Shown here one piece after another: positions 47,134-60,753 of a stretch of 64,000 nt of DNA. The translations under genes and the position numbers were made by a program. Positions within the stretch are counted from its first letter, which is position 1, and each line of letters starts with the position of its first letter. Below the pieces are notes generated by a model. The model ran no database searches, was not told the origin of the DNA, and worked only from the letters and a program-made list of their open reading frames with translations. The stretch spans positions 2,108,001 to 2,172,000 of the forward strand of contig SMSO01000032.1 in assembly GCA_004764695.1 (NCBI GenBank), read 5' to 3'. The stretch is from Schizochytrium sp. TIO01 (taxonomy: Eukaryota; Protista; Bigyra: Labyrinthulomycetes).

Positions 47134-48619
47134 CTAAGGCTTCATTCAAGGCGCGCTCAAGAAGCACCGCGTTCGATCTCTGTGCCTTGGAACTCTAGCC
47201 TTTGTCAGCTCTGCAGTTTCCATCCCATCTCTGCGGCTGAAGAGTGCTGAGCGTTGGGGCAACAATCATTATCGCATCGTCTGAGCTGAGAGGTCTTTCT
47301 GACTTCCTTCCTTCCTTGCTTCCTTCCTTCGTTCTTCCTTCGTTCGTTCGTTCTCCCCATTTCTTGCTCGAAACTCGGCGACCCGGCAGCAGACACGCAC
47401 GCACGCACACGCACACGCACAGGGCTGAGCGTGCATACGCGCTCGCTCGCTCGCTCACTATCGTCGATCCCTTCGAAGGCTGCAGGTGCGCTTGGCAACG
47501 GAATCAGCAGCATCGTCGCTCTCTGTCTCTTTCTCTGTGTCTCTGAGCGTCTCTGCTCCGCCTTTCTTTCTCTCTTTCTTTCCCAGCGCCCTTCATCATT
47601 CACTTCTTTCTTCATTCCAATGGCACGGACCGATCGTTGGAGGGTTGCGACAATCGAAAGACAGCCAGTTGGATAGTTCGACTGCTAGAAGTCACCTACC
47701 GGGACCTAGCACCCGTATCTGGAAGGCGGGTCTTTCAAGGGGGTCTTTCACGTGCGCAGAGTCGGAGAATAGGTGGCACTGGGGTCGTAGCGACTCTATG
47801 TACAGTCTTAGAGGGAGCGGAGAGTAGTCTGCTAGAGGTTTGCCCGAGAGTAAGCGAATAGGCGGGGCTGTGGGGGTACCCGCTGGTTTGCAAACAAAGA
47901 AACAAAGAAACAAAGAAGTTAGGTTGAGAAACAACATATATGTACCACGATGGCAAGGAGTCTTCTGTCTTTTGAGGGGAAGGAAGGAAGGAAGGAAGAA
48001 AGTCCTCGCGTCTTGCTTGATCTTGGTTGTCAACTAAAGCAGCTGCCTTTTAGGAGAACATTCGTTGGTGAACCGCTAAAAAGAGGCGGCTTCTTTGCTA
48101 TGTTGAGACTCGAAAGCGCGATACGTTCGACAATCCTGTGTTTGTACTGGACTCAAAATCCTTGTTTTGCTTGTTCTGCTCCATCTTTTGAGTTTCTTGA
48201 TATCGATTTTTAAATAAATAAAAAGCCAAAATTGAAAAATGCTTTGCACTTCCCAACTCCAACTCTGCTCTTACTCCCTTCGTTATCACTACAACAACAG
48301 ACAATGTAGTACCGAGAGTAAGTAGACGTTGTTCCATGAAAAGCTAAAACAGAGCAAAGAGTGAATAAATTTACAAGCTCAATCAAAGTACTTTCTTCAA
48401 AATTGAAATTATAACTAAATAACTAAATAACTAAATAACTAAATAAATAAATAAAAGAAGTAATAAAAGAAGTGAAATGAAACTTGAATCCATAATCATA
48501 CCAAAACTCCACAAGAGAAGAAGCGAAATGAATAAAGCACTCGTGGGAAAACTATTATGGCAAGCAAGATGATGAAGCAATCAATTAATTCAAGCGCAGA
48601 CAGAAGAAAGGACAGAAGT

Positions 48620-48664
48620 GAGTGAGTGAGTGAGTGAGTGAGTGAGTGAGTGAGTGAGTGAGTG
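48620..48664. repeat. (GAGT)n microsatellite
   Basis: Visible array. Confidence 0.95.
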
Positions 48665-49493
48665 AGAGATACACAGCGTACGCGTAGCTCATTCGCCCCT
48701 AGTCACTAGGACGTCAACTTCTTTTTCAAAGAAAGCGGCTTGCTTCTATTGCTGAAGTGTAGCTCCCGTCCAATTTTGCACTGCTCGAGACTCTGCCTGA
48801 GATCCTCAGCGTGAATCAATGCAATGCAATTCATTCACTCTCCCTTGCCATGGTCCAACTTTCCAGGGAAACAGAGCATGCCTCGAAAGCATCGGGCTCT
48901 CGCCAATCAGTTCGTTCAACGCAGCCGCGGGAGACCAGCCAGCCAGGCCTCCATTCCAACCAAGTCGCCAACTTAAATAACAGTCAGACAGACAGACAGA
49001 CTGTCTGACAGAGAGACTTGAACTTGCGAAGGCTTTCTTCGCAAAGCTAGCTCAGATCGCGAAGACGAAGACGGACCAACTTATGACGTAGGTCGCGGGG
49101 GTACCCCTGGGTCTCTAGCAATGGCAGTATCTTGTTATCCCCCCTTCTACCATGGCCTCGCAGTGCCATCAACGCACCGCCAATAATACAGGAACCGCGT
49201 CTTCGGGCTCCAATAAAGCATTCATTTTCATTCATTCACTCACTCATTCATCCATACTCGAGCCCGAAACCTCAAGATTGGTCGATCGATCGACCTATCT
49301 TCGAATCGAATCGTTCGTTCATCGAGGAGATCTCATCGCATTAGGCCCATGCGTGAGCGAAAGTATGGGCCTCCACGGAAACGCTACAGGCAGAAGGCGA
49401 GTATTGGAGCGCGCGCGGGGACTTTGGCAGCAGCGCCAGAGAGCTCGAAGGAAGGTTAGCTCTCCATCTGTGCATGTACTCTGCGAGATAGAC

Positions 49494-49619
<126 letters not shown>

Positions 49620-49740
49620 ACAGATAAACAGGTTCACTCGCACTTACGAAAAAGCACAAGAACTTTTAAAGACTTTACAAGCGCAACTAGCCATATCGCT
49701 ACAGCTAGCTAGGCTAGCTAGGCAAAAGAAGAGAGGACAA

Positions 49741-49853
49741 AGAGAAAAGAAAGAAAGAAATAAAAGAGCAAAGAAAGAAAGAAATAAAAGAGAAAATAAA
49801 GAAAGAAAGAAAGAAAGAAAGAAAAGAAAGAAAGAAAGAAAGAAAAGAAGAAA

Positions 49854-49889
<36 letters not shown>
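49741..49889. repeat. (AAAG)n purine tract
   Basis: Visible degenerate array. Confidence 0.9.
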
Positions 49890-51854
49890 CGGTCCGATTG
49901 CTCTCGTAACTAAGAGCTGCAGTGCTCTTTTCGAGCCTGCCAGCTTAGGTTTCCCCAGCCGGCGCAGAGCTTTCAGGCCTTGGCTGCTCATGCTCAGGCG
50001 CACTCCAAGAAGGCGAGGACCTGGAGACCTGAGGAGCTCCCGCCCCGCTCGAAGGAGTAGCTACGTGGATGCATCCATCCATGAGGCATGCATGCATGCA
50101 TGCATGCATGATAAACAAACCAACAAACAAAGAACGAGAGAGAGAGAGTGTACTTGATCATGCGCTACGAGTCGGCTAAGGCTTTGCCTGCCTCGCACGA
50201 AGAGAGGAAATAAAGAGAAGAATTGGAATTGATCTTTGAGGGAGGAAAAAGGAACCGTCGCAGAACTGGGAATGCCGGAATAAACTTGAACAGGCGGCAA
50301 AGAAATCGATCAAGAAGAGAAGAGAGAGCATGGAAAGAAAGGGCACACGCCGCTACTACGCTCCTCGAGGAAACGGTGGGAGGGGACGGGTAGAAAGCTG
50401 TCTCTTCTGCTTCTTCTCTTTAGCTGCTGCAGGGCCGCCCACTTCGACCTTTTGCTTTCTTTCGCCACGAGGTTTGTTTTCCTTCTCATGGTCTGTTTGT
50501 TTGTTTGTCTGTTTGTTTGCCATGTCTTATCATGCAAACGGTCTCAGTTCTCTCGCATTCTACTTTTTCTTTGCTCTTCAATCTTCTATGTCATGTTCAA
50601 TGCTCAATATTGTTTATTTAATTAATTGAAATTAAGAAATTAATTAACATCAAAAAACAAATTATTTATACATATACATAGCGATTCTCCGTGGAATTCG
50701 CAAGAATTCGCAAGAACCCGGAGTTCTCGCCGCTTCCCTCCTCGAGCCGACCTCCTCGCGAGGAAATGTAAAGGCGCTCTGCGAGGAGCGACGTGGGAGC
50801 AAGCAAGGGACGTGGAACCTGGAGCTACGCGCCCATCAACGTCAGCTTGGCTGGGGAGCTTTCTTCGCTCAATGCGCAAATGTGATGATGCATTGGAATC
50901 CGATGTGGTGCAAATAAAGCAATGTAATGCAAAGCAATGTAATGCAATGAATGCTTTGATCTAGTTAAAAAAAATGAAAACTAGAAAGTATACAGATTTG
51001 TATATAGCATTCATCATAATTCCTTCTCACTTGAAACTCATCTTTTTCAAGTTTGTGCATACTACAGCCATTTGGAGAACTTGGAGTCCAGTCAAGCAGC
51101 TCGATAAGTATTTATAGGAGGCACCTTGAGGCAGACCTCTTCGCGGCTGCGTTTCTGAGGGTTTGGGCATCGCCACACGAGACACCGTGTGCGCTTGTAA
51201 TTCTCCATATTCATTATAATAACCTTTGCTCTTTAATTTCTGCGTAAAAGCCACGTACGTACTCCTAGTAGAGAGTTCGAAAGAAGCAGGGTGTGTCTCC
51301 TATGTTTTGCCTTCACAAAATATAAATAGTACACATCTCAATCATGGCACTGAGGCCGCGGCAAAGGAGCACCTCGGGCTCCTACATTATGGCCACGCGC
51401 GGAGAAAGCAGACCAGGTCCACGGTTCTAGCTCCTCCATACACTCACTACGTATACCTACTTGACGGGAAGCGGTGCTTCTCCAGTGTTTCCACACAGCT
51501 TTGCAGAAGAAGAGGCCTCGCTGCTTTTATAATAGGAAGCTCAGGTTGGCTGCTGCTATTTCCATCAAATGCAATTGTTTCTTGCATTGCATTGCACTGC
51601 ATTGCATTGCATTACACTTGCCATTGCATAGCTTTGCATCGCTTTGCATTGTTATGCACTTGCCATTGCACTGGCCCTGTCCTCATCCAGCGCCTTCTTC
51701 AGTCGGCAGCAGCTGTTCATCCCGTCCAGGCTTTTGCGAGTCTCAGATCTGGAATATCACATCACATCCACTCTTCGCTCGTACCAAGGACCCTGCAATC
51801 ACGGTCGTTTACAATGCCAGAATGGTGATTCCTCGCCTTTCTTCTCATGGCCTT

Positions 51855-51888
<34 letters not shown>

Positions 51889-53784
51889 CACATCATGGGC
51901 CTCTTTTCTGCGTTGCTTTCCTTTCCTGACTAGTTCAAAAAATCATGCTCAGCTCTTCGCTATGGTGAAGAGAGAGCCAACTTAGCGTACATCCGCTTCG
52001 ATCGCGTCTATTTCCACGAAAGGCGGATTTCTCCCTTCGCGCTGCTAGCACAGATGACACGAGTGCTTCACGAGAGCACCTTCTCCTTTCTCCCAAGCAA
52101 GCGGCGTGAAAGCTCGCTCGCTCGCCCCTCCTTAGCTTTCCAACCAATCTTAAGCCAAAAGTAGACTTTAGAATGCATTCATTCCTTCATTCCTTCATTC
52201 ATTCATTCATTCATTCATTTATTGTATAAAACTAAAACAAAACGAAGAAAGAAAGATACACGCAACTACTCAGCTCCTTTCTGAAGTCTCTCAGGCGGCT
52301 CGGCGCCTCTGCGGCTGCCCATCGCGACGGCGATCGCGAGGAGTTCAATCTTTATTCGCTCACCCTGCCGGTGCAGCCCAAGCTGAGGGAGTCTCCGGGA
52401 AGGAGGAGGGAAGGAAGGGAAGGAAGGGAAGGAAGGAAGGGAAGGGAAGGAAGGAAGGAAGGAAGGAGGAAGGGAAAGGAGAACAAACAAACTTGGAGAA
52501 GCTTCTGCTGCTTGCTTTTGGAAAGGGTAGGTAGGTAGGTACTTCTTACAGCGCCAAAACTGACGAACTGACGAACTGACGAAGGAAGTATGTATGCTAT
52601 TGTCGAGCACAGACGTTCGAGGGCCAAGCCAAGCTCAGGCCAGTGAAGGAAGCCTTCTCAGAAGCCTCCCTTTACCAGCGCAAGTACTGCGTTGCTCGAG
52701 CGTGAGGGCGAAAACATGATCGATTCACAGGAACGGAGCGGTGGGGAAGCGGAGCGGTCTATTACCTCTATTTGTATTTGTCTCTTTTTTATCATTTTGT
52801 TGTTGTTTACGTTTTAAAATGATCTTTTTAAAGTTTTAATTTAATTTTTTTAGTTTGTAAGTAAATTGAATTTTAATTGAAATGTTTATAAACAGGTTTT
52901 TGTGGATGGGTTTTGTAAAATAAAATAAGCAAAGCATTGATTCATCTCGTTTCATCCATGAAAGCGAATGTGGAAGCCTGAATGTTCTTTAGGGCCGCCA
53001 TGGTTCTTTCGTTCTTTCTCAGATGTTGCATTGCACGAGGATCCTCAGCATCGAGTAGAATGAATGCGCAAGAGAACGAATCTGCATACTATAATTTCAG
53101 AAGGCGAGCGATTGACTCACTCACTCTCCATTCACGCACTTGTCTTCGATAGACGCAATCGTTGAGACGCTCGATGCACAGGTGCTTCGATGGTCTCATT
53201 CATTCGCTTCAGTGACTTGGATTCTTTCTGCTCAAGAACTGGCGCTGTAAGCTTAAAAGAACAGAGCGGGTTACTCCTAGCAAGCCTCGTAGCTGCTGGC
53301 GCCTAGGAAATGTTTTTCTGCTGAAGAACATCCATCTTTTTTGGAACAGGCCGGTTCTCTGCCTCGTCCAAGTAATGAGTGCCTCTTAACGCACGCTGTA
53401 GTTCCCTTCTTGTGCATATATATATCCATTGAGGCAGGGTCGAGGCCTCCTTTCTGAGGAGAAGAGGGCTGCGAAAGCTGCAGCCACAGAGAAGACAGCG
53501 ATTGGATCGAGTCTCATCATCGTGCGATATCTGGTGAGGTCGAGGTCTCGAAATCAACGGCGCCGTTGAGTTTTCGACGTGAACTTGAAACAAAACCATG
53601 AAATCTTCGAATGAAGCTTCTACCTAACTGACAGACTCGCTCGATCAGTCTCAGAGACGGTCCTATCTCTCGAGCGTAAGGAGCCCTACGGAGAATCTAA
53701 GACAGAGTCGCCGGATTACTCTCCTCCTTCTCCTATAAAAAAGCAAACTGAAAGCGGCACAAAGAGAGAAAACTCGCCATTTGT

Positions 53785-53849
53785 ACATACATGCATATAT
53801 ACATACATACATACATACATACATACATACATACATACATACATACATA
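53785..53849. repeat. (ACAT)n microsatellite
   Basis: Visible array. Confidence 0.95.
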
Positions 53850-53860
53850 CACGCATAGAC

Positions 53861-54004
53861 AGATCAATAGATCAATAGGACAATAGATCAATAGATCAAT
53901 AGGTCGATAGATTAATAGATCAATAGATCAATAGGTCGATAGATCAATAGATCAATAGATCAATAGGTCGATAGATCAATAGATCAACAGATCAATAGAT
54001 CAAT
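53861..54004. repeat. 8-bp minisatellite (AGATCAAT)n with 32-bp higher-order variant
   Basis: Variant unit AGGTCGAT at 53901, 53933 and 53965. Confidence 0.9.
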
Positions 54005-57000
54005 AATTGTTGTGTGCTGTTCTTTGGATAGAACAGAGCGAAAACGCGCACTGTGGATCTGTCTGAGGAGGAGTGAGTGCACTCAGAGATTGACCGACTC
54101 GTTGTTTCCCTGCCATCGCGAGGTTTGATTTGCGAACGTCTTGATGGCCACGAAGGCTTCAAGCCGCCGCCGATAAGAGGAACCCGCGGTCCCACGGTCT
54201 GAGTGGCAGCCTCGAGCGTGTTATTTGGTTCCGCGAGGGGCTCAGGCTCTCGAAAGCTTGACCAAACGGTAGCGCATTACACGCGAGCAAGCAAGCAAGG
54301 AAGCAAACAAATTGCAATTTGCAAAAATTGCAAAATTGCAATTTTACACTATGATGTTTTCTAAAAGCTTTTAATTTAATAGAGGAAAAAAAAGAAATGA
54401 AGAAAACCAATAAAGAATCAGTCGATCGATCGATCACGATAAGTTTGGGTAATCACGATCGTGATGACGCAAAGCCTTCTTCAGTTCTTCAGTTAAGCAG
54501 ATAGATCAGACTCAAAGCACCTGATACAGAGCAGCCAGGCGGGAAGCGGCCGCAGGCCCACGCAAGCAGACTTGAGATTCGATGCCCTGCCGCTGCTGCT
54601 GGGAACGCCCAGCGCAGCGCTGGGACTGCTTCTGGTGCCACGAATGCAAGATTTCGCCAAATCTGTTGCCAATTCCAGTGCATTCCTATGTACTTACCCT
54701 TCGCTCCCTTTCTCTTGAATTAAAAAAGAAAGAAAAACAAAAAAACAAACGTTTTTTAAATAAAATTTTAAAATAAAAATAGAAAACTAAACAGAAAACA
54801 GAAAACAGAAAATAGAAAGAAAAAAAAGTGAAAAGTGCCTTGAGCTTAGCTAGGCGCTCTAAGAGTAACCCGTTCCTTCGGGTCCTCTCTAGCAGAGAGA
54901 CAGGGTTCCTCTATCTCTGCTATCTTTCGAGGAGATTGCTTTTTCTTTTTTTCTTTTTGCGTAGAAGGTGAGTGATCACGATCTGAGGCAAAAGCGATGC
55001 GAGGCCCTGCAAAGGCACGCTCTCTCTCTCTCTCTCTCTCTCCCGCTCTGTGCCTTAGGCTCGCTCGCTCGCTCGCACGCACGCACGCTTAAGGCGCAGG
55101 ACCCTCAGAGGCCGGCGAGTCAGCGGCCTTCGAGCAGGGACGCAGCAGCGGAAGGGCCGCTTGACGAGCGAAATCTCGCCAAGTCCCCACTCTCTGCGCT
55201 CTTCTGAAAGGCGTACAAATAGATAGATAGATAGATAGAATAGATAAATAGATTGATTTAGCCTGAGTGGATTATCTTCAACTTCGACTACTCTAAGTGT
55301 AATGTTAAAAATTCTGAAGAAAAGGTAAAAAAACATACACGTACTCTCGAACGGCATCACATCAGTGCATTACATCCGTGTCATCATAAATGGAATGAAA
55401 TGGTTTAATGGATGATACAGTTTGACGTTGAGTGGCTGAGCTATACCTTCTATTCCCTGCTAGTTAGTTATCTATTTGCATGACGGGGATCATTGGGATT
55501 TGGTGGGGCGAGTGAGAGAAGAGCTGATTAGTTAATTATTAAATATAGTGAACAAATCAAATTAACGAATGAATGATCGATTAGTGGGAGGTGACTCTCT
55601 AATGTTGCAGATTGCACTGCACCGCTTCAGTCTTGTTAGCGTATTCTGCAGTCAGTCGTTAATTCCTTCACTTTTGCAAGAGGAGAGAAAGGAAGAGAGA
55701 TCGAACCCTCAAGAATGAATGAAGGAATGCATCGCCTACATAACAAACTAACGAACTAACTAACAAACTAACTAACTAACTGTCTGACTGGGAGCGCCGA
55801 GGTGCCGTGTGCCCGCATCTCCACCCACAGTGATGGGCTTTCCGTGAAGGCTGTCATTGGCAGCGGCCACTGTTGTCTCCCCGCAGCCAGGTAGCACTCA
55901 CATAATACGGACCGCTTGCTGGCCTCGGCAAAACTTTACGTCCCCACAGAGGCCACGAATGTTGGCTGTGGGGACCTTTTCAGGACTATCCTTCGATCAG
56001 TCCTCTGATCAAGCAAGTAGGAAAAGATGGAGGCATTTCTTTTCCTTCCTTTTCCTCATCAAGCCATTACTACAGTACACAAACTTGAAAACAAAAACAA
56101 AGAAACAAAAAGCAAAGCAAAGCAAAGCAAAGCAAAGCAGAGCAAAGCGTGACAATAAAAAGTTCGACAGGACGTGTTTGTCCACCAGCTCTTTTCCACT
56201 TCTGTTCCAATTTCAGGTCTGATTTTGCTTTGAGGACAGACCTCCGTTCGCCATGGAATCGTGGCGGTGCGAGGACAGAGGGCGCCGCTCGCACTCCACA
56301 GGCATGTCGAAGCATACGTACGGACCTACCATTCATTGACACTCGCGAAAGCGCGTCTGGTCTCCACTTTCTTGACTGATTGGTTTTGATTGATTGATTT
56401 AGCCCAGTCGAGCTGAGAATGAATTCGTTCTTTTCGAAAGGCCGAAGGAACGTTTCCTTTTCGCCTTCTGTTGAGCTGGTTTTTTTTAGACTTTAAAATT
56501 AATTTGAGTAATAACAACAGTAACAATGGAAAGGTAGATTGATGCAAGCTCAGAAGAATGATAACAATGGCAAGAAGCGCGCATTTGACAGCAAATACAT
56601 GTGCTGCCGAGCTCTCGAGCAAGCAGTATCTCACGCGAGTGCGTCTACGTAGCAGCAGAGGGCTCTTTGACTCGCAATCCAAAGGCCACCGTTAGTCAGT
56701 CAGTCAGTCAGTCAGTCAGTCATAGATTGCAAACTTTGTTATTATGCGCTTTCCAAGGGAATCGTACCGTCTTTTAGGGCTTGGTAGAAGTACCGCCAGG
56801 AACTGGAAAATGGCACGTAAGTATGTAAATGTGGGCCGTTGAGCGTGGAAAAGAAGGGAAGCAAGCACTCCGTTCCATCTACTCTCACTTGCTTTGGCTT
56901 GAATTTGGGGGTCTAATGAACGCCGGTCGAGCGCTTTTTCGCGATTCTCATCGGCGGTTTGCGATGCTCTTCAGAAATCAAGAACTGGGAGCAGAGCACG

Positions 57001-57751
57001 GCAAGCAATGAATGGGAAGGAAGAATCGCTCGCACTGCTTATGCAGGCTTTTATATGTATTAATTTTTTTAGTTGTAACTTTTTCATTGTAAAGGAGAGA
57101 AGAAAAGAGAGTAAAATCAGTTTGTTGAAAATTACATTAATTCGCAAAAACAAACACCGGCGGTGCGGAATTTGGATAGAAAGATAGACAGACAGACAGA
57201 CAGACACAACTTAAAAAGAAGCAGCAAAGGAAGACAAATGTGTTGTTCTTCAACTCTTAGCATCGTACACAATGAACATCAAACCACCAGGGAAGGAAGA
57301 AGAAGCATACTCCTTTCCAAAGACAGTCCCAGATACAGACAGAAGAAGCGCGGCGGCAGAGCAGCGCGCAGGCCAGTGAGTAAGCAAGCCAATCAATCCA
57401 GCGACAGAGGCGAGTTCATTACTTTTCCAGTTCTTCTTTCTTTCTTTTTAGTTATTGCTCTTATTTCTTTTAGGAGTCAACAGAGAAAAAAGAATTGAAA
57501 AAAGAAACGAGAAAAGAAGAAGAAGAAGTGGTCGCCGACCAAAAAGAAACCCGTTTTCGCTCCTGAAGTTCGAGGCTGATTTGCAGACTCGCACGCGTAA
57601 TCAATCTCTCAGGCGACAGGTCTCTGAGAAACTTGATGGCGCCACACGAGTTTGTGCAGAGACAGACACAGAGAGAGAGAGAGAGGGAGAGAGAGACGGC
57701 ACACGCACTGGCGCCAAGAGCGATAAAAGAGCTCTGCTCGCGGGATTTACC

Positions 57752-57826
57752 TATTTATTTATTTATTAGTTTATTTATTTGTTTATTTATTTGTTTATTT
57801 ATTAGTTTATTGATTTATTTATTGAT
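57752..57826. repeat. (TTTA)n degenerate microsatellite
   Basis: Visible array. Confidence 0.85.
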
Positions 57827-58265
57827 TGCCTACGTGAGAGAGATCATGATGGAGATTGAAACACGAGGAAAGAACTAGGCAGGAAAGTAACAAGTAACTA
57901 ACCGCCTCAGGCGCTAACTTCCTACTGTAAAGTCTTTCTCGCTTTGATCGTTTGTTTCTTTGTCGCTCTCTCTAATTAGGCAGATAGCTGCAATTTGCAA
58001 ATTACACCTTGATATGGTTGGCTAAGTAGGCAGTAGCGAAGATGTTTTGTAGGCTTCTATATGAGATTGATGTACCGATTTGGAAACTTTCTGCATACTG
58101 TGAGGCTAATAGTTGATCATTCTCTGAGTCAGACGAGTAATTTAGGATATATTTATCTCTATCATGTTTTTTTTTTTTTTTTTTTTTAAATTAAAAAATT
58201 GGTATGTTTTATTGAAAAAATAATTGAAAAAGTAATTAAATTTCTGAATATAAATATAATATATG

Positions 58266-60719
58266 AATAGATTATTAAAGGTATAGTCGTAAACAAAAAA
58301 AATTAAAGAAACAGTTGGAGTTAGAAAAATAAAGAGGAATTCCAACGATCGCTCGATCGTTCTTGAGCAGTCAAGGCAAACAGTACAAGCGATTTTGCAG
58401 CAACCTCAACCAGGCAGAACCACATCAAGCCTTGGCGTCACGACCCAGCTAGCGCAGAGCCTTGCCACCGACCCCTCCAGGATTCCAAGACTCTATCCAA
58501 AGAAAGAAAGTCTACTCGTTCGCGCCTCTCTCCGTTGGTTCTTTCCTTGATCGATTGATTGAAACCTCCTGCCATCGAGAATCGCCAACGCTCAGAGAAC
58601 GAGAGCACGTCTACCGACAGCAGCAAACCCGAATCACCAGTGTGCCGGCCGAATCTCCAGACTTGAACCCAGACGGAGACCAGAAGATCTCCGGAGCTCA
58701 CTCACGTGGCGCCGACTCGCACTCGCAGACTCTGCAAGACTGAGCGTACTTCTACTTCGCTCTTTCGTTCGTTAAGCGAAGCAAGCACTCACTCTGTCAA
58801 TCAATCAAATCGTTCGCTCGCTCCATCTTTCCTTCCCTCTTGTAGGCGAAGGCTCACTCGAACAAACTATACACCGATCTCACGTCTGAAGAGACGAGCA
58901 CATAAGTAAGGCCTCGCAGGACTTGGGAGCTCCTGCAAATCATCTCGCGAAGCTCTTCGCTCAATAGCCAGAAGCATCGAAGAATTGAGAAAGGACTCAA
59001 GAACCCTTCCTGGAACGTCAGATCCTGTATATAGAATATACAGAGATTATATACCTTCTTCTTTTACATATTCTTCAAATTCATCAAGGACTTCTTCCTT
59101 CACGTGGGAAGGCAACCGCGGTGATCAAAACCGGTAAGTTACAATAACTACACAAAGACATTGGTTGAGATCGATTAATCGATTGATCAATCATTTATGC
59201 TCACAGCACTCCGCAAGCGTGACGGCTATTCATCAACTGAAATACAGTTGATAGTCAGCTGTGTACTTGTCAAAGGGTAGCTGTTGCCTGTGAAGCCACG
59301 CCGAGTGAGAACGCGAAATCTCGCTAGTGTCCTGACGATCACGGCCGCAGTACCAGTTTGTATATTGTGATTGATAGTAGTTCTTAGAGACGTTTAAGAG
59401 GGTATGAGGGCCTAAGTATATAATTGCAGGTGGCATTGAGAAAAGCAATTGCACTGTAGTGCAGTGCAGTGCAGTACATACTCCACCCCTCTACCTTGGC
59501 AGCTCTCCACAACCAAGTAGCAAAAAATTAGGAGCAGTATTTTCTTGCCATCTCAATTTGGGGCACAAGAGATCGCCTATTACTCGGGCAGCACCAACCG
59601 ATCGCTTGCTGCCGAGCCCAGCCTCTTGCCACCTTTAACAACGCACTCCTTCTGCGCGCCCTAAAGGCGAATAAAGGGAAGTAAGGAAGCTATCATTGGC
59701 CCGACCAGTGAGACCAAAGACGGCAGGGACACAAAGAATTTGGGTTGTTGAGAAGAAATTAGGAATTGGCGACTCAATTAATTAGTCTTTTCCTATTTCG
59801 GGTGAGAGAGTGCGCGCGAGAGTTCGCATCACAAACGGAGAACCGCCAAAGACCCTCACGAGGGTCTATAAACCTTCTTCGTTGATCTATGGCTAGTATA
59901 GCTGACGCACTCAAGAGCATTCACACAGCAGTGCTGCCACCCACCCATCTATCATACCTGCCCTCACGTGGCCCCATCTTCCGAGGAATCGTTGGTTGAC
60001 CGCACAGCAAAGGCCAGAAAGTAAAGGAGGCCAAGAGCGCCACCATTCGACAAGGCTCCGGCAAAGCAAAGGCTGTGTGCTCTCCGTGCGCTCCCATTGC
60101 TCTCACTCTCTAAGAACTATTAGTACTACATTTGGTAGATAGAATTAAGGGAGTAAATTCCTAGTTCCGCCGCCCCTTCAGTACACCACCCATTGACGGC
60201 AAGAGCACGCGTTGCGCTGATTCCCGTTAGCGAATACAAACTTTACTCAACTAACTGATTGACTAACTGACTGACTGACTGACTGGCGCACGGCACAATC
60301 AAGCGCATTACATTTCGTTTACTGACACAGCAAGTAGCATTGGCATTCATTCGTGCATTCACTTTGAGCCTGTTGAACACCTGTGATTTGCAGTTAGTAT
60401 TAGCTGCATCTCAACCACTTGGCTAAAGCAGCACTAATAGCACTTGCCGACGCAGCAGTAGTAGCTTGACCACACTGAGTCTCTGACGGAGTCTAAGGCG
60501 GCTACGCTTCGCTTCGAAGACTATCAGCTGTCGCTTGGTAGGACTTTACTTCTTCTTTCCTTCTCTATTTCTTCTTTGTCTTCACTTTCAGCACTACTTT
60601 CTTAGCACTTCACGTAAGGAAGAGACTAGGAGTACACCTTTGATTGAGAATTGCAAGAAGGACACGAGTGGTGAGAAACTCACGCACTAGTTTTCTCTCG
60701 TAACTTCGATCAGCATTAC

Positions 60720-60753
<34 letters not shown>

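Noticed and set aside
53861-54004. CRISPR-like array
   Set aside because: Contiguous 8-bp units without unique spacers, in a eukaryotic context.
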